Source: Acidobacteriota bacterium (GTDB lineage Bacteria > Acidobacteriota > Blastocatellia > RBC074). From it: a DNA stretch of 58,632 nucleotides. The DNA lies in assembly GCA_040007715.1 (NCBI GenBank), contig JBDTUN010000311.1, positions 1 to 58,632 on the forward strand. Direction: 5' to 3'. Position numbers and translations under genes: made by a program. The notes under the pieces were generated by a model that saw only the letters and a program-made list of their open reading frames with translations, was not told where the DNA came from and made no database searches. This document shows positions 26,335-35,160 of the stretch, piece after piece; position 1 is the stretch's first letter; every line of letters starts with the position of its first letter.

Positions 26335-27684
26335 ATGCGATTTTCAAAGCTTTTTACGCCCTTGCTGTGTTGTATCTTTTTGCTTGGAGTTCTTCCCGCT
26401 GCCAGCGCGCAGAAGAAAGACAAAGCGAATCCGCCCGTGCCGGAAACGGCGCAAATCACGCCATACAGCAACGTGCGGCGCGACAATCTGCTCAACGGGT
26501 TGCAACTGATCACGCTCGACCGGCAAAGCGACGCTGTCATCAAATGCGATCTGATCATTCGCGGCGGAGCGATGTTCGATCTGGTGGGCAAGACCGGTTT
26601 GGCCGCGTTGACGCAGGATTCCCTGATGATCGTTAACCCGCAGATCACGGAAGAACTGGCTTCGCTGGGCGCAAAGATGGATTGGGGCGTGACTTGGGAC
26701 ACGACCTGGTTCCATGTTGAAACGCCTGCCAGCAACTTCGGCGCAACGTTCGAGATCGTTGCGCGCTTGCTGGTCATCGAAAATGTCCGTCCCGCAGCTT
26801 TCAAAAAGGCGCAGCAGGCGCAATTGGAGAAGCTGAAAGCGCGCAAGCTGACCGCCGCCGAACAGGCCGACGAAGCGTTTCTGAATACGATTTACGGCGC
26901 GCATCCGTACGGCCACAACATAGAAGGTGACGAGAAGACGATCGCAGCCATCACGCAGGGCGACGCGTACGAGATATTCCGCAAGTTTTACATCGCCAAC
27001 AATGCCGCAGCGGTAGTCGTCGGCAACATCTCGCATGAGCGCGTGATGCAAGTCTTCAAGGTGTTATTCGGCGGCTGGGTCAAAGGACAGATTGTGCCGG
27101 CGACCTTTCGCCAGCCGACCCAGACCACAAAATTGAAACTGGTCAAGGTGGATTTGCCTGATGCTGCCAGCGTTGAGTTGCGTGGCGGGTTGATAGGCGT
27201 CAAACGCAGCGATACGGATTTTCTGACGACCGAAGTAATGGCGCGCCTGCTGGCCAATCGTCTGAAGCGCGATGCGGAAGCTGCTTCCGCCAATCTTTCG
27301 GTCAAAGCCACGCCGCGCATCCTGTCCGGCCCGGTCTACTTTTCGGCATCAGTCCCGGGCGAGAAAGCCGCGGAATTTTCGCGCCGTGCGACTGAAAGTT
27401 TCGCCGCGCTGGCAACAGCGCCTGTCTCCGAGATTGAAGTGGAAGCGGCCAAGTCGGTTTTGGCCAGTGAGTATGCCGCCCGTTCGATTGAATACAATCT
27501 GCGCGAGATAGAGATGTTCCTGTTGCCGCGCAATTTTCCCGTGGAAGCCCCAGGCGCGATTCAAAAGATTACGGCTGCCGACGTACAGCGCGTTGCCAAG
27601 CGACTGTTCGACGCCAACGCGCTGACAGTTGTCGTCGTCGGCAAAGTCAATGACGCATTTAACTCCGGCAAGTCCGGCCTGTGA
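26335..27684 (+). CDS. M16 (pitrilysin) family protein, non-catalytic type (no HxxEH)
   Basis: 449 aa with a signal peptide and the M16 two-domain length. The position of the zinc motif reads GLAALTQDSL. There is no HxxEH anywhere in the protein. Confidence 0.75.
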   Translation: MRFSKLFTPLLCCIFLLGVLPAASAQKKDKANPPVPETAQITPYSNVRRDNLLNGLQLITLDRQSDAVIKCDLIIRGGAMFDLVGKTGLAALTQDSLMIVNPQITEELASLGAKMDWGVTWDTTWFHVETPASNFGATFEIVARLLVIENVRPAAFKKAQQAQLEKLKARKLTAAEQADEAFLNTIYGAHPYGHNIEGDEKTIAAITQGDAYEIFRKFYIANNAAAVVVGNISHERVMQVFKVLFGGWVKGQIVPATFRQPTQTTKLKLVKVDLPDAASVELRGGLIGVKRSDTDFLTTEVMARLLANRLKRDAEAASANLSVKATPRILSGPVYFSASVPGEKAAEFSRRATESFAALATAPVSEIEVEAAKSVLASEYAARSIEYNLREIEMFLLPRNFPVEAPGAIQKITAADVQRVAKRLFDANALTVVVVGKVNDAFNSGKSGL

Positions 27685-27710
27685 TTTGAAGAAGTTGATA
27701 ACTCGTTTTT

Positions 27711-28502
27711 ATGCCTGTAACTATCGAAACTGAACCTGCCACTCCTCTCCCAAATCCTGAATTCCCCAACCCCGGGCTAAATACCGGCAAACGTGACGCT
27801 GTCCGCGCGATGTTCGCCGAAATCGCGCCCAGCTACGACCGGCTGAACCATCTGCTTTCGATCAATGTTGACAAGGTCTGGCGGCGCTTCACGGTCAAAA
27901 AGCTGCGAGACGTGTTGGACCGTCCGGACGCAATCGCGCTTGACCTGTGCTGCGGCACGGGCGATCTGACGCTGGAGCTTGAACACCACGCACGCGTCAT
28001 CGGCTGCGATTTCTGCCACCCCATGCTCGTCATCGGCAACCAGAAGATCGCCGCGCAAGCTGCGCGTAAAGCCGCGCTGGCCGAAGGCGACGCCTTGCAA
28101 CTGCCCTTTGCCGATGCCAGTTTCGACGCCGTGACCATCGCGTTCGGTTTGCGCAATCTGGAAAACGTCGAAGGCGGGTTGGCGGAGATGTTCCGCGTGC
28201 TCAAACCAGGCGGGCGTTTGGCGGTGCTGGAATGTTCGCGCCCCATCATTCCGGTCTTTCGCCAGTTATACGAGTTCTACTTTCACAACATCCTGCCGCG
28301 CATCGGCGGACTGCTCTCCGGGTCAAAGGCCGCGTATACTTACCTGCCGAAATCAGTCCGCAACTTCCCCGATCAAAAACGGCTGGCTGCGATGATGCGT
28401 TCGGTCGGTTATGCCAACGTGAGCTATCACAATCTATCCGGCGGCATTGCGGCGCTGCATTTGGGCGAACGCTCCTTGTTGCCCGGCGGCGCAAAAAACT
28501 AG
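27711..28502 (+). CDS. ubiE: Demethylmenaquinone / ubiquinone biosynthesis C-methyltransferase UbiE/MenG
   Basis: 263 aa. It shows FAEIAPSYDRLNHLLS, the SAM motif LDLCCGTGD, and FGLRNLENV...LKPGGRLAVLE. Confidence 0.85.
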   Translation: MPVTIETEPATPLPNPEFPNPGLNTGKRDAVRAMFAEIAPSYDRLNHLLSINVDKVWRRFTVKKLRDVLDRPDAIALDLCCGTGDLTLELEHHARVIGCDFCHPMLVIGNQKIAAQAARKAALAEGDALQLPFADASFDAVTIAFGLRNLENVEGGLAEMFRVLKPGGRLAVLECSRPIIPVFRQLYEFYFHNILPRIGGLLSGSKAAYTYLPKSVRNFPDQKRLAAMMRSVGYANVSYHNLSGGIAALHLGERSLLPGGAKN

Positions 28503-28539
28503 AATCTCCACGCACCATTCTTTCGCAGGAGGAAAAGCG

Positions 28540-29091
28540 ATGACTTCAATCATTCAGTCCGCCACTGCAATTGCTCTTGATGAAGACTTCGACAAGAAGT
28601 ACGAAATTGTTGACGGACAACCGGAGGCAAAGGAGATGGGCAGTTCACTACACAGCGGCGTTGGCACGCGCCTGATTATTGAAATGGGAATGCACGTCAA
28701 GCTCAACAAGCTTGGCGCGGTTTATGGGCCGGATGCCACCTTTCAAATCGGCGGCAATGAACGCATGCCGGATGTTTCTTTCGTTTCCGCTGAGCATATC
28801 CCGGAAGAGGGGGAAACCGATCAGAAATGGCATATTGCGCCTGATCTGGCCGTCGAAGTCATCTCTCCCAGCGAGAGTTGGGTAAAGGTCAATTACAAGA
28901 TTCGTGAATATTTCGCCGCCAGTGTGCAGCAGGTTTGGCTGGTCTCGTTGGAACTGCGCGAAGTCCACATTTACGATTCGCCGAAAGCCATCACGGTCTT
29001 GTCTGAAGACAACAATTTAATCAACGAAGTCTTGCTGCCCGGCTTCCGCTGCCGCATCAGCGAATTGTTTCAACAACCAGCCCACGCGTGA
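28540..29091 (+). CDS. Uma2 family endonuclease (DUF820)
   Basis: Internal ATG at 28540 follows a GGAGGA SD. The 183-aa product has PDVSFV...APDLAVEVISPS...KIREYF, which is typical of Uma2. Confidence 0.8.
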   Translation: MTSIIQSATAIALDEDFDKKYEIVDGQPEAKEMGSSLHSGVGTRLIIEMGMHVKLNKLGAVYGPDATFQIGGNERMPDVSFVSAEHIPEEGETDQKWHIAPDLAVEVISPSESWVKVNYKIREYFAASVQQVWLVSLELREVHIYDSPKAITVLSEDNNLINEVLLPGFRCRISELFQQPAHA

Positions 29092-29097
29092 TTTCTT

Positions 29098-30528
29098 ATG
29101 ATCGAACCAATCAAGTTTTTTACCGACAAATTCAACATCACAATTCCGCAGATCGAATCGCTGCTTGGCGCGGCGCTGTCGAAAGGCGGCGAGTACGCTG
29201 ATCTCTACTTCGAGTACAACGTCCTAAGCAATCTGGGAATGGAAGAGCAGATTATCAAATCGGCCAATCGTTCGGTGCGGCAGGGCGTCGGCGTGCGCGT
29301 GATTTCAGGCGAGCGGACGGGTTTTGCCTACTGCGACGAGATTTCTGCCGATGCGATTCGCAAAGCCGCAGTCACCGCCGCGCACATTGCCAACAGCAAC
29401 GCGACGGTCAACGCCGTCAACGTCACTGCCGATAAACCGCAGCACGATCTTTACGCGGTGGCGGACTTGTTGGGCAATGAACCGCTCGAACGCAAGATCG
29501 AACTGCTCAACCGGATTGACCGCACTTCGCGCGGTTACGACGCGCGCATCCGCGAAGTGCAGGCAGGACTCTCCGACGAATTCAAAGTCATCCTGATCGC
29601 CACGTCCGAGGGGAAATTGATCGGCGACGTGCAGCCGCTGGCCCGCATGCGCGTGATGTGCATCGCCGATGACGACGGCAATCTGCAATCTGGCACGTCG
29701 GGCGGCGGCGGACGCGTCGGCATTGATTATTTCAACGACGCAATCATCGAACGCTATGCCAGCGAAGCAGCCCGGCAGGCGATTTTGCTGCTTGAAGCGA
29801 CGGAGGCTCCGGCGGGCGCGATGGAAGTCGTCCTGGGTTCAGGCTGGCCGGGCATACTGCTGCACGAAGCTGTCGGTCATGGCCTGGAAGCCGACTTCAA
29901 TCGCAAAGGAACATCCGCATTTTCGGGAATGATGGGGCAGAAAGTGGCCAGCGAACTTTGCACCGTTGTGGATGAAGGCACGATTCCTAATCGGCGCGGT
30001 TCACTGAATATTGACGATGAAGGCAATCCGACCGGGCGAACAGTGTTGATCGAAAACGGCATCTTGCGCGGCTATATGCAAGACACACTGAGCACACGGC
30101 TGACAGGCGCAAAACTCACGGGCAATGGCCGACGCGAAAGTTACCGCCATCTGCCGATGCCGCGAATGACCAACACTTTTATGCTGAGCGGCGAAAGCGC
30201 GCCGGAAGACATCATCAAATCGGTCAAACGCGGCCTGTACGCCGTGCAATTCGGCGGCGGACAAGTAGACATCACCAGCGGCAAGTTCGTCTTTTCGGCC
30301 AGCGAGGCTTACTTGATCGAAGACGGCAAAGTCACCACGCCGGTCAAAGGCGCGACGCTGATCGGCAACGGCCCAGTTGCCTTGACCAAAGTCACTGCTG
30401 TCGCCAACGACCTGGCGCTGGACGAAGGCATGGGCACCTGCGGCAAAGATGGACAATCGGTGCCGGTCGGTGTGGGAATGCCGACAATTAAGATTTCAGA
30501 GATGACGGTTGGTGGAACCAAAGGTTGA
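29098..30528 (+). CDS. tldD: Metalloprotease TldD
   Basis: 476 aa with the HExxxH motif LLHEAVGHGLEAD and the C-terminal block GMPTIKISEMTVGG. Confidence 0.9.
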   Translation: MIEPIKFFTDKFNITIPQIESLLGAALSKGGEYADLYFEYNVLSNLGMEEQIIKSANRSVRQGVGVRVISGERTGFAYCDEISADAIRKAAVTAAHIANSNATVNAVNVTADKPQHDLYAVADLLGNEPLERKIELLNRIDRTSRGYDARIREVQAGLSDEFKVILIATSEGKLIGDVQPLARMRVMCIADDDGNLQSGTSGGGGRVGIDYFNDAIIERYASEAARQAILLLEATEAPAGAMEVVLGSGWPGILLHEAVGHGLEADFNRKGTSAFSGMMGQKVASELCTVVDEGTIPNRRGSLNIDDEGNPTGRTVLIENGILRGYMQDTLSTRLTGAKLTGNGRRESYRHLPMPRMTNTFMLSGESAPEDIIKSVKRGLYAVQFGGGQVDITSGKFVFSASEAYLIEDGKVTTPVKGATLIGNGPVALTKVTAVANDLALDEGMGTCGKDGQSVPVGVGMPTIKISEMTVGGTKG

Positions 30529-30550
30529 GAACCGATGAGGAGGTTGAACA

Positions 30551-30907
30551 ATGGTCGCAATTGAAACAGTTCAAGCAGTGCCGCTGACGCAATTGCCGAA
30601 TGGCGCAATTCGGGTCGCTGGCACGCGCGTGAGTTTGGATACGATTTTGTATCACTACAAGCAGGGAGCATCGGCGGAAGAGATTACCAACCGATTCCCG
30701 GCTGTTCCGCTAGAAAAAGTGTACGCTGTGATTGCTTATTACTTGAGCCATCAGACAGAGCTGGATGCTTACCTTCAACAACAGGAAGAAGAGGAAGCCG
30801 CTTTTATGAAACAGCTCGAAGCCGATCCGCAATATCAGGCAGAGCGGGTGGCACTTCGTGAACGACTAATGCGCCGATGGGACGAGATGCAGAAGAATCG
30901 CCAATAA
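30551..30907 (+). CDS. DUF433 domain protein (putative antitoxin)
   Basis: 118 aa with a GAGGAGG SD. RVAGTRVSLDTILYHYKQGASAEEITNRFPAVPLEKVYAVIAYYLSH is the DUF433 helix-turn-helix-like core. Confidence 0.75.
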   Translation: MVAIETVQAVPLTQLPNGAIRVAGTRVSLDTILYHYKQGASAEEITNRFPAVPLEKVYAVIAYYLSHQTELDAYLQQQEEEEAAFMKQLEADPQYQAERVALRERLMRRWDEMQKNRQ

Positions 30908-30922
30908 CTGGCAGGTACTCAA

Positions 30923-31273
30923 ATGTTACGAGTGCTACTTAACCAAGACTTCGATCACAAAATCTTACACGGATTGCTGCGTCGTATCCCTGAGCTTGAT
31001 TACCTGACGGCATACGAGGCGGGATGGAGTGAACTGGACGATCCTGATTTGTTGATTGAGGCATCAGGCGAACAGCGAGTTCTCTTCACCCATGACCTCC
31101 GAACAATGCCGCAAGCGATTGCTGATGTGATTGGCGCGGGCCACAACATCGCTGGAGTTTTTGTCGTCCCGCGCAGTCTCCCACTGGCGCAGGCGATCAA
31201 CGAGCTTGAGTTGATCGTGATGGCTAGCACCGATAGCGAATGGCTCGATAGCTACCGCATCTTGCCACTTTAA
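30923..31273 (+). CDS. DUF5615 family PIN-like protein (putative toxin)
   Basis: 116 aa: MLRVLLNQDFDHKILHGLLRR...LFTHDLRTMP. The Mut7-C/PIN-like organisation is commonly paired with DUF433. Confidence 0.7.
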   Translation: MLRVLLNQDFDHKILHGLLRRIPELDYLTAYEAGWSELDDPDLLIEASGEQRVLFTHDLRTMPQAIADVIGAGHNIAGVFVVPRSLPLAQAINELELIVMASTDSEWLDSYRILPL

Positions 31274-31280
31274 TGAATCA

Positions 31281-32633
31281 ATGACCATACAACTTTCTAC
31301 AGATTTACTTTCCGACATTATCGCGCAGGCAATCAAACGCGGCGCGACCGATGCCGAAGCCGTGGCGATGGAGACGACTGATTTTTCCGTCGAAGTCCGG
31401 CTCGGCGAAATTGAGAAGCTGCAGGAAGCGGCTTCTCGCGGCGTGGGCTTGCGCGTGCTTTACGAGGGCCGTCAGGCGTCGTGCTCGACTTCGGATGTCA
31501 GCGTGGAAGGCATTGAAGAATTGGTCGCTCACGCCGTCGAGATGGCCAGGCGAACGTCCGTGGACGAGGCCGCCGTGCTGCCAGCGCGCGAAGAACTGGC
31601 GCGGGAAGTTGCAGACCTTGGCCTGTACGATCCGGCCATCGTTGACCTGTTGCCCGAACGCAAGATCGAAATGGCGCGCGCCGCCGAAGACGCCGCCCGC
31701 AGCTTCGATCCGCGCATCGTCAATTCCGAAGGCGGAAGCTGTTCGACTACTGTCGGCAGAACATTGCTGGTGACCAGCGCCGGCTTCGCCGGTGAATACC
31801 AGGGCACGCGCTGCGGCGTCGTCACCGCGCCGATTGCCAAAGACGGCGAGCAGATGCAGGTTGGGTACTGGGGGCACGGGCAGCGATTGCTGGCTGCGCT
31901 GGATTCGCCGGAAGAGATCGGGCGCGAGGCTGCTCGGCGTGCGCTGCGCAAGCTGGGCGGGCGTAAAGTCGCTACCCGGGAAGTGCCTATTGTTTTTGAA
32001 GACGGCGCGACAGAAGAGCTGCTCAGTAATTTTTTCGAGGCTGTCGAAGGCGGCGCGATCTTCCGCCGGTCGTCGTTTCTGGTCGGGCAACTGGGCGAAC
32101 AGATTGCTTCGCCGCTGCTGACGATTGTGGACGACGGCACGATGCGCGGCGCAGTTGGTTCCAGACCATTCGACGGCGAAGGTTTGCCAACCCGGCGCAC
32201 TGTCGTAGTCGAGAACGGTGTGCTGAAAAGCTATTTGCTCAACGCCTACACGGCGCGCAAACTCAATCTGAATTCGACAGGCAATGCCGCGCGCGGATTG
32301 ACCGGCGCACCAGTTGTCGGTCCCGGCAACTTTTTCATCGCCTCCGGTGTCTACACGCTGGACGAGATCATCGCTTCGGTCAAGGAAGGCTTTTACGTCA
32401 CTGAGATGATCGGCTTCGGCTTCAATCCGGTGACAGGTGATTATTCGCGCGGCGCTGCCGGTTGGTGGATCGAAGACGGCAAGCTCGCCTTTCCGGTCGA
32501 AGAAGTAACGATTGCCGGAAACTTCAAAGAGATGCTCAAAGGCATTGAGATGATTGGCAACGATCTGCGCTTTCGCGGCAAGATCGCTGCGCCGACGATC
32601 AAGATTGATCGAATGATGGTTAGCGGAGAGTGA
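31281..32633 (+). CDS. pmbA: Metalloprotease PmbA/TldE
   Basis: 450 aa, a TldD paralogue lacking HExxxH. It shows FDGEGLPTRR and the C-terminal block APTIKIDRMMVSG. Confidence 0.9.
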   Translation: MTIQLSTDLLSDIIAQAIKRGATDAEAVAMETTDFSVEVRLGEIEKLQEAASRGVGLRVLYEGRQASCSTSDVSVEGIEELVAHAVEMARRTSVDEAAVLPAREELAREVADLGLYDPAIVDLLPERKIEMARAAEDAARSFDPRIVNSEGGSCSTTVGRTLLVTSAGFAGEYQGTRCGVVTAPIAKDGEQMQVGYWGHGQRLLAALDSPEEIGREAARRALRKLGGRKVATREVPIVFEDGATEELLSNFFEAVEGGAIFRRSSFLVGQLGEQIASPLLTIVDDGTMRGAVGSRPFDGEGLPTRRTVVVENGVLKSYLLNAYTARKLNLNSTGNAARGLTGAPVVGPGNFFIASGVYTLDEIIASVKEGFYVTEMIGFGFNPVTGDYSRGAAGWWIEDGKLAFPVEEVTIAGNFKEMLKGIEMIGNDLRFRGKIAAPTIKIDRMMVSGE

Positions 32634-32640
32634 ACAACAC

Positions 32641-32672
32641 AATCTCGAATCTCAACCTTGAGATTCGAGATT
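32641..32672. terminator. AT-rich perfect palindrome after pmbA (terminator-like, REP-like)
   Basis: AATCTCGAATCTCAA (32641-32655), then CC, then TTGAGATTCGAGATT (32658-32672). Confidence 0.45.
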
Positions 32673-32706
32673 CAATATTCAACATCCGAGATAGGCGAGG
32701 TAGGCT

Positions 32707-33222
32707 ATGTTTGAGAATGTATCCCAGGCCGAAAAGACTGTGGCACGTTCGCGCGGGCGCGCGGTTCTGTTTGGCGGAACGGCTTTGGTGCTTTTGCTGG
32801 CGGTGATCATCGTCTTATTTGCAAAGTCGAGGCCAGCGGAATCGCTTACGCTGGAAGGCTCGGCGCGCGCTGGCGATGCGGAGTTCGAGGCATACAAGAG
32901 CAAGGTTGAAATAGAAATCACTCCTGACGACAAAAGAGTTTATGGCAATATAATCGGGATGTTCCAGATTGAAGTACGAGCCAAAATCTACAATCGCGGC
33001 GACCGCCCGATCACCGGCCTGGAAGTCATCGGCAAGATGCTGTCTCTGGACGACAAGCTCATTGCGCAGCGCGTCAGCATTCCGATCCCGCGCGCACGGC
33101 CAGAGCCGCTCAAACCGGGAGAATTCTTGCCGGTCAGCGTCAAACTTGATGCGCCTGCCAAGATCACCGAAAACGACATCAAAGACGTAACAATTGAGCT
33201 GCAAGCGTTAAAGTTTCAATAA
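32707..33222 (+). CDS. Hypothetical membrane-anchored protein
   Basis: 171 aa with a single N-terminal TM segment (AVLFGGTALVLLLAVIIVLF) and a beta-rich ectodomain. I recognised no family. Confidence 0.6.
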   Translation: MFENVSQAEKTVARSRGRAVLFGGTALVLLLAVIIVLFAKSRPAESLTLEGSARAGDAEFEAYKSKVEIEITPDDKRVYGNIIGMFQIEVRAKIYNRGDRPITGLEVIGKMLSLDDKLIAQRVSIPIPRARPEPLKPGEFLPVSVKLDAPAKITENDIKDVTIELQALKFQ

Positions 33223-33237
33223 GCCCCAGTGAAAATC

Positions 33238-33280
33238 AAAAATGGCGAGCGCGGATGTGATAATCCGCGCTCGCCATTTT
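33238..33280. terminator. Bidirectional intrinsic terminator
   Basis: An A-tract, then ATGGCGAGCGCGGA (33242-33255), an 8-nt loop, TCCGCGCTCGCCAT (33264-33277), then TTT. It lies between convergent genes. Confidence 0.7.
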
Positions 33281-33306
33281 AATTTGGACTCTCTTGTTTT
33301 TGCCGG

Positions 33307-34776
33307 TCACTGCTGCAAGTTGCTTATCACCTTGTGGTCTTGGGCAGGAGCCTCCGTGGCTGCCGATGAGGAGGTGAGCGACCTTTCGCGGAAGAAGCGC
33401 GGTGCGATGGCCGCATAAACTTTTCCGGCAATTTCACTGGCGTGATTGCCTCCGAGTTTTGAATCGGTGGTGATCACCGTGACCACGAGCCGTGGATTGT
33501 CCACGCTCGAAAACGACGTGAAAAGTCTCAGCTTGTCGCTGTTACCGGTGCAGGTTCCGGTCTTGCCCGCGACCTGTCCCAGTGAGTTGAAAGCACGCTT
33601 GGCCGTGCCGTAATTGACTGCGCCGATCATGCCGGACATCAGCCGGGTGCGATCTTCCGGCGACATCTCGATTTTGCGTTTGAGTTCCGGTCTGAAATCT
33701 TCGGCATCCTCGAAGGTGCGCGGAACCCGAGGCGTGTACAGGTAACCGCCGTTGGCAATCGCGCTGGTGAAGGTTGCAAGCTGAATTGCCGTCACGCCGA
33801 ACCCGTCGCCGAAGCTGCATATCCGGCCTCTTTCATCCTCTGGCAAAAAGCCATCGCTCTCGCCGGGATAGTTAATGCCCGTCTTATGCCCGAAGCCGTA
33901 ATTGTCGGCGTATTTCACAACCCGGTCATAACCAAGCAGCCGGCCAAGCACATCGAAGAATGAGTTATCCGAGCGCGCAATCGCGTCGGTCAGGTTCAGG
34001 CTGCCGTATCTGGCGGATCGCATGTCCTGATTAGGGTCAAAGACGCCTTCATGCAGCGCAGCCAGGCTGGTGATCATTTTGACTGTCGAACAGGGTTTGA
34101 CGGGCGAACTTATAGCCATGTGCTGATTGACAATGGTGTAGACGCGCCCGGTGTTCGGGTCCATCACTACCACTGTCCCGGAACGTCCCTCCAGAGCAGC
34201 AATGGCGGCGTTGCGAATTTCCAGGTCTTCGCCCGCGCTGTTGTCTTTTTCAATGTTGGAGGCGGTGATGTTGTGCAGCGCTGCGTCGTGAGCGCGAGTG
34301 GCGCGCAACCGGGCCATCTGCAGCGCGCGGGCGCGGGCACGGCGGGACGATCCACGCGAAGACGCCAGCAACCGGCGCTCTGCTTTCGTCAGCTTGCCGC
34401 GCTTGCCCAATGCGGCTTGGATTTGTTTGTTGTTGTCAGACGACTTGGCGCGGGCGGAACGGCTGTTGCGGCTGCTTCGGCTTTTGCGGGAGCTATCGGC
34501 CACAACCTCGTCGCGGACGACCTTCCCGAATTTACCACGACGGGCAGAATTGGCTTCCGCCCTGGTTGTTTTGCCTTTCGTTGATGTTTTAGCAACGCTT
34601 TTGTTGGAAACTTTTCCGGAAGCGGTCTTGCTCGATTTAGTATTTTTGCCAGCCGCCTGTTTCTTCGATGACGAGACCCGTTTTGATTTGGCCTGGGCTG
34701 TCACAGAAGCTCCCACGCAAACGACTAGAAAAACCACTACCCACGACGTCATAAAGACGCGAAAATTCTTCCTCAT
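33307..34776 (-). CDS. Penicillin-binding protein transpeptidase with a long basic low-complexity N-terminal region
   Basis: 489 aa with the SxxK (STVK), SxN (SDN) and KTG (KTGT) motifs. A signal anchor is followed by about 170 aa rich in K/R/S, where a PBP dimerisation domain would normally sit. Confidence 0.85.
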   Translation of the reverse strand: MRKNFRVFMTSWVVVFLVVCVGASVTAQAKSKRVSSSKKQAAGKNTKSSKTASGKVSNKSVAKTSTKGKTTRAEANSARRGKFGKVVRDEVVADSSRKSRSSRNSRSARAKSSDNNKQIQAALGKRGKLTKAERRLLASSRGSSRRARARALQMARLRATRAHDAALHNITASNIEKDNSAGEDLEIRNAAIAALEGRSGTVVVMDPNTGRVYTIVNQHMAISSPVKPCSTVKMITSLAALHEGVFDPNQDMRSARYGSLNLTDAIARSDNSFFDVLGRLLGYDRVVKYADNYGFGHKTGINYPGESDGFLPEDERGRICSFGDGFGVTAIQLATFTSAIANGGYLYTPRVPRTFEDAEDFRPELKRKIEMSPEDRTRLMSGMIGAVNYGTAKRAFNSLGQVAGKTGTCTGNSDKLRLFTSFSSVDNPRLVVTVITTDSKLGGNHASEIAGKVYAAIAPRFFRERSLTSSSAATEAPAQDHKVISNLQQ

Positions 34777-35160
34777 TTTTCAAATCCCTTTCTTTCACCT
34801 GTCTTATCGGCCGGGCTGTTGACAGGGATTAGGGCAACTAGTTTTGTGAGACTAGCGCCGGACAAGAATACTTCAGCAAATGTTGCGAGATTTGCCAAAT
34901 TTTTATACTGGATCACTTGAATCATCGGCTTCGAGTGCAAAGCCGGGGGTGGCGCACGGCGCGCAGTGTAGCAAAACTCCTACAGGGCGACAACCTCAAC
35001 TTCAGGATACTTTCGGCGGAACTTCGGAGGGCTTGTGCTATTCTTAGCGTCCAAACCAGCAAGAGCGGGTTTTCTTATTAGAAGATCAAATCAAATCTCG
35101 AATCCGAAACCGCGGGCAAGCAAGCGGAGAGGCGAATTTTAATCTGGCTAAGCTGAGCAT

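Noticed and set aside
31305-32642. A 445-aa minus-strand ORF covering all of pmbA
   Set aside because: It is antisense to a clearly recognisable PmbA/TldE protein. Its composition is Arg-rich and low in complexity, and it has no SD. I treat it as a shadow ORF. The same reasoning applies to 31529..32200.
34777-35160. A possible riboswitch or ncRNA (for example c-di-AMP-responsive) in the 384-nt region between the PBP gene and cdaA
   Set aside because: I could not recognise any conserved riboswitch core, tRNA-like, SRP, 6S or RNase P features by eye. Only weak promoter-like hexamers with poor spacing are present. This needs an Infernal/Rfam scan.
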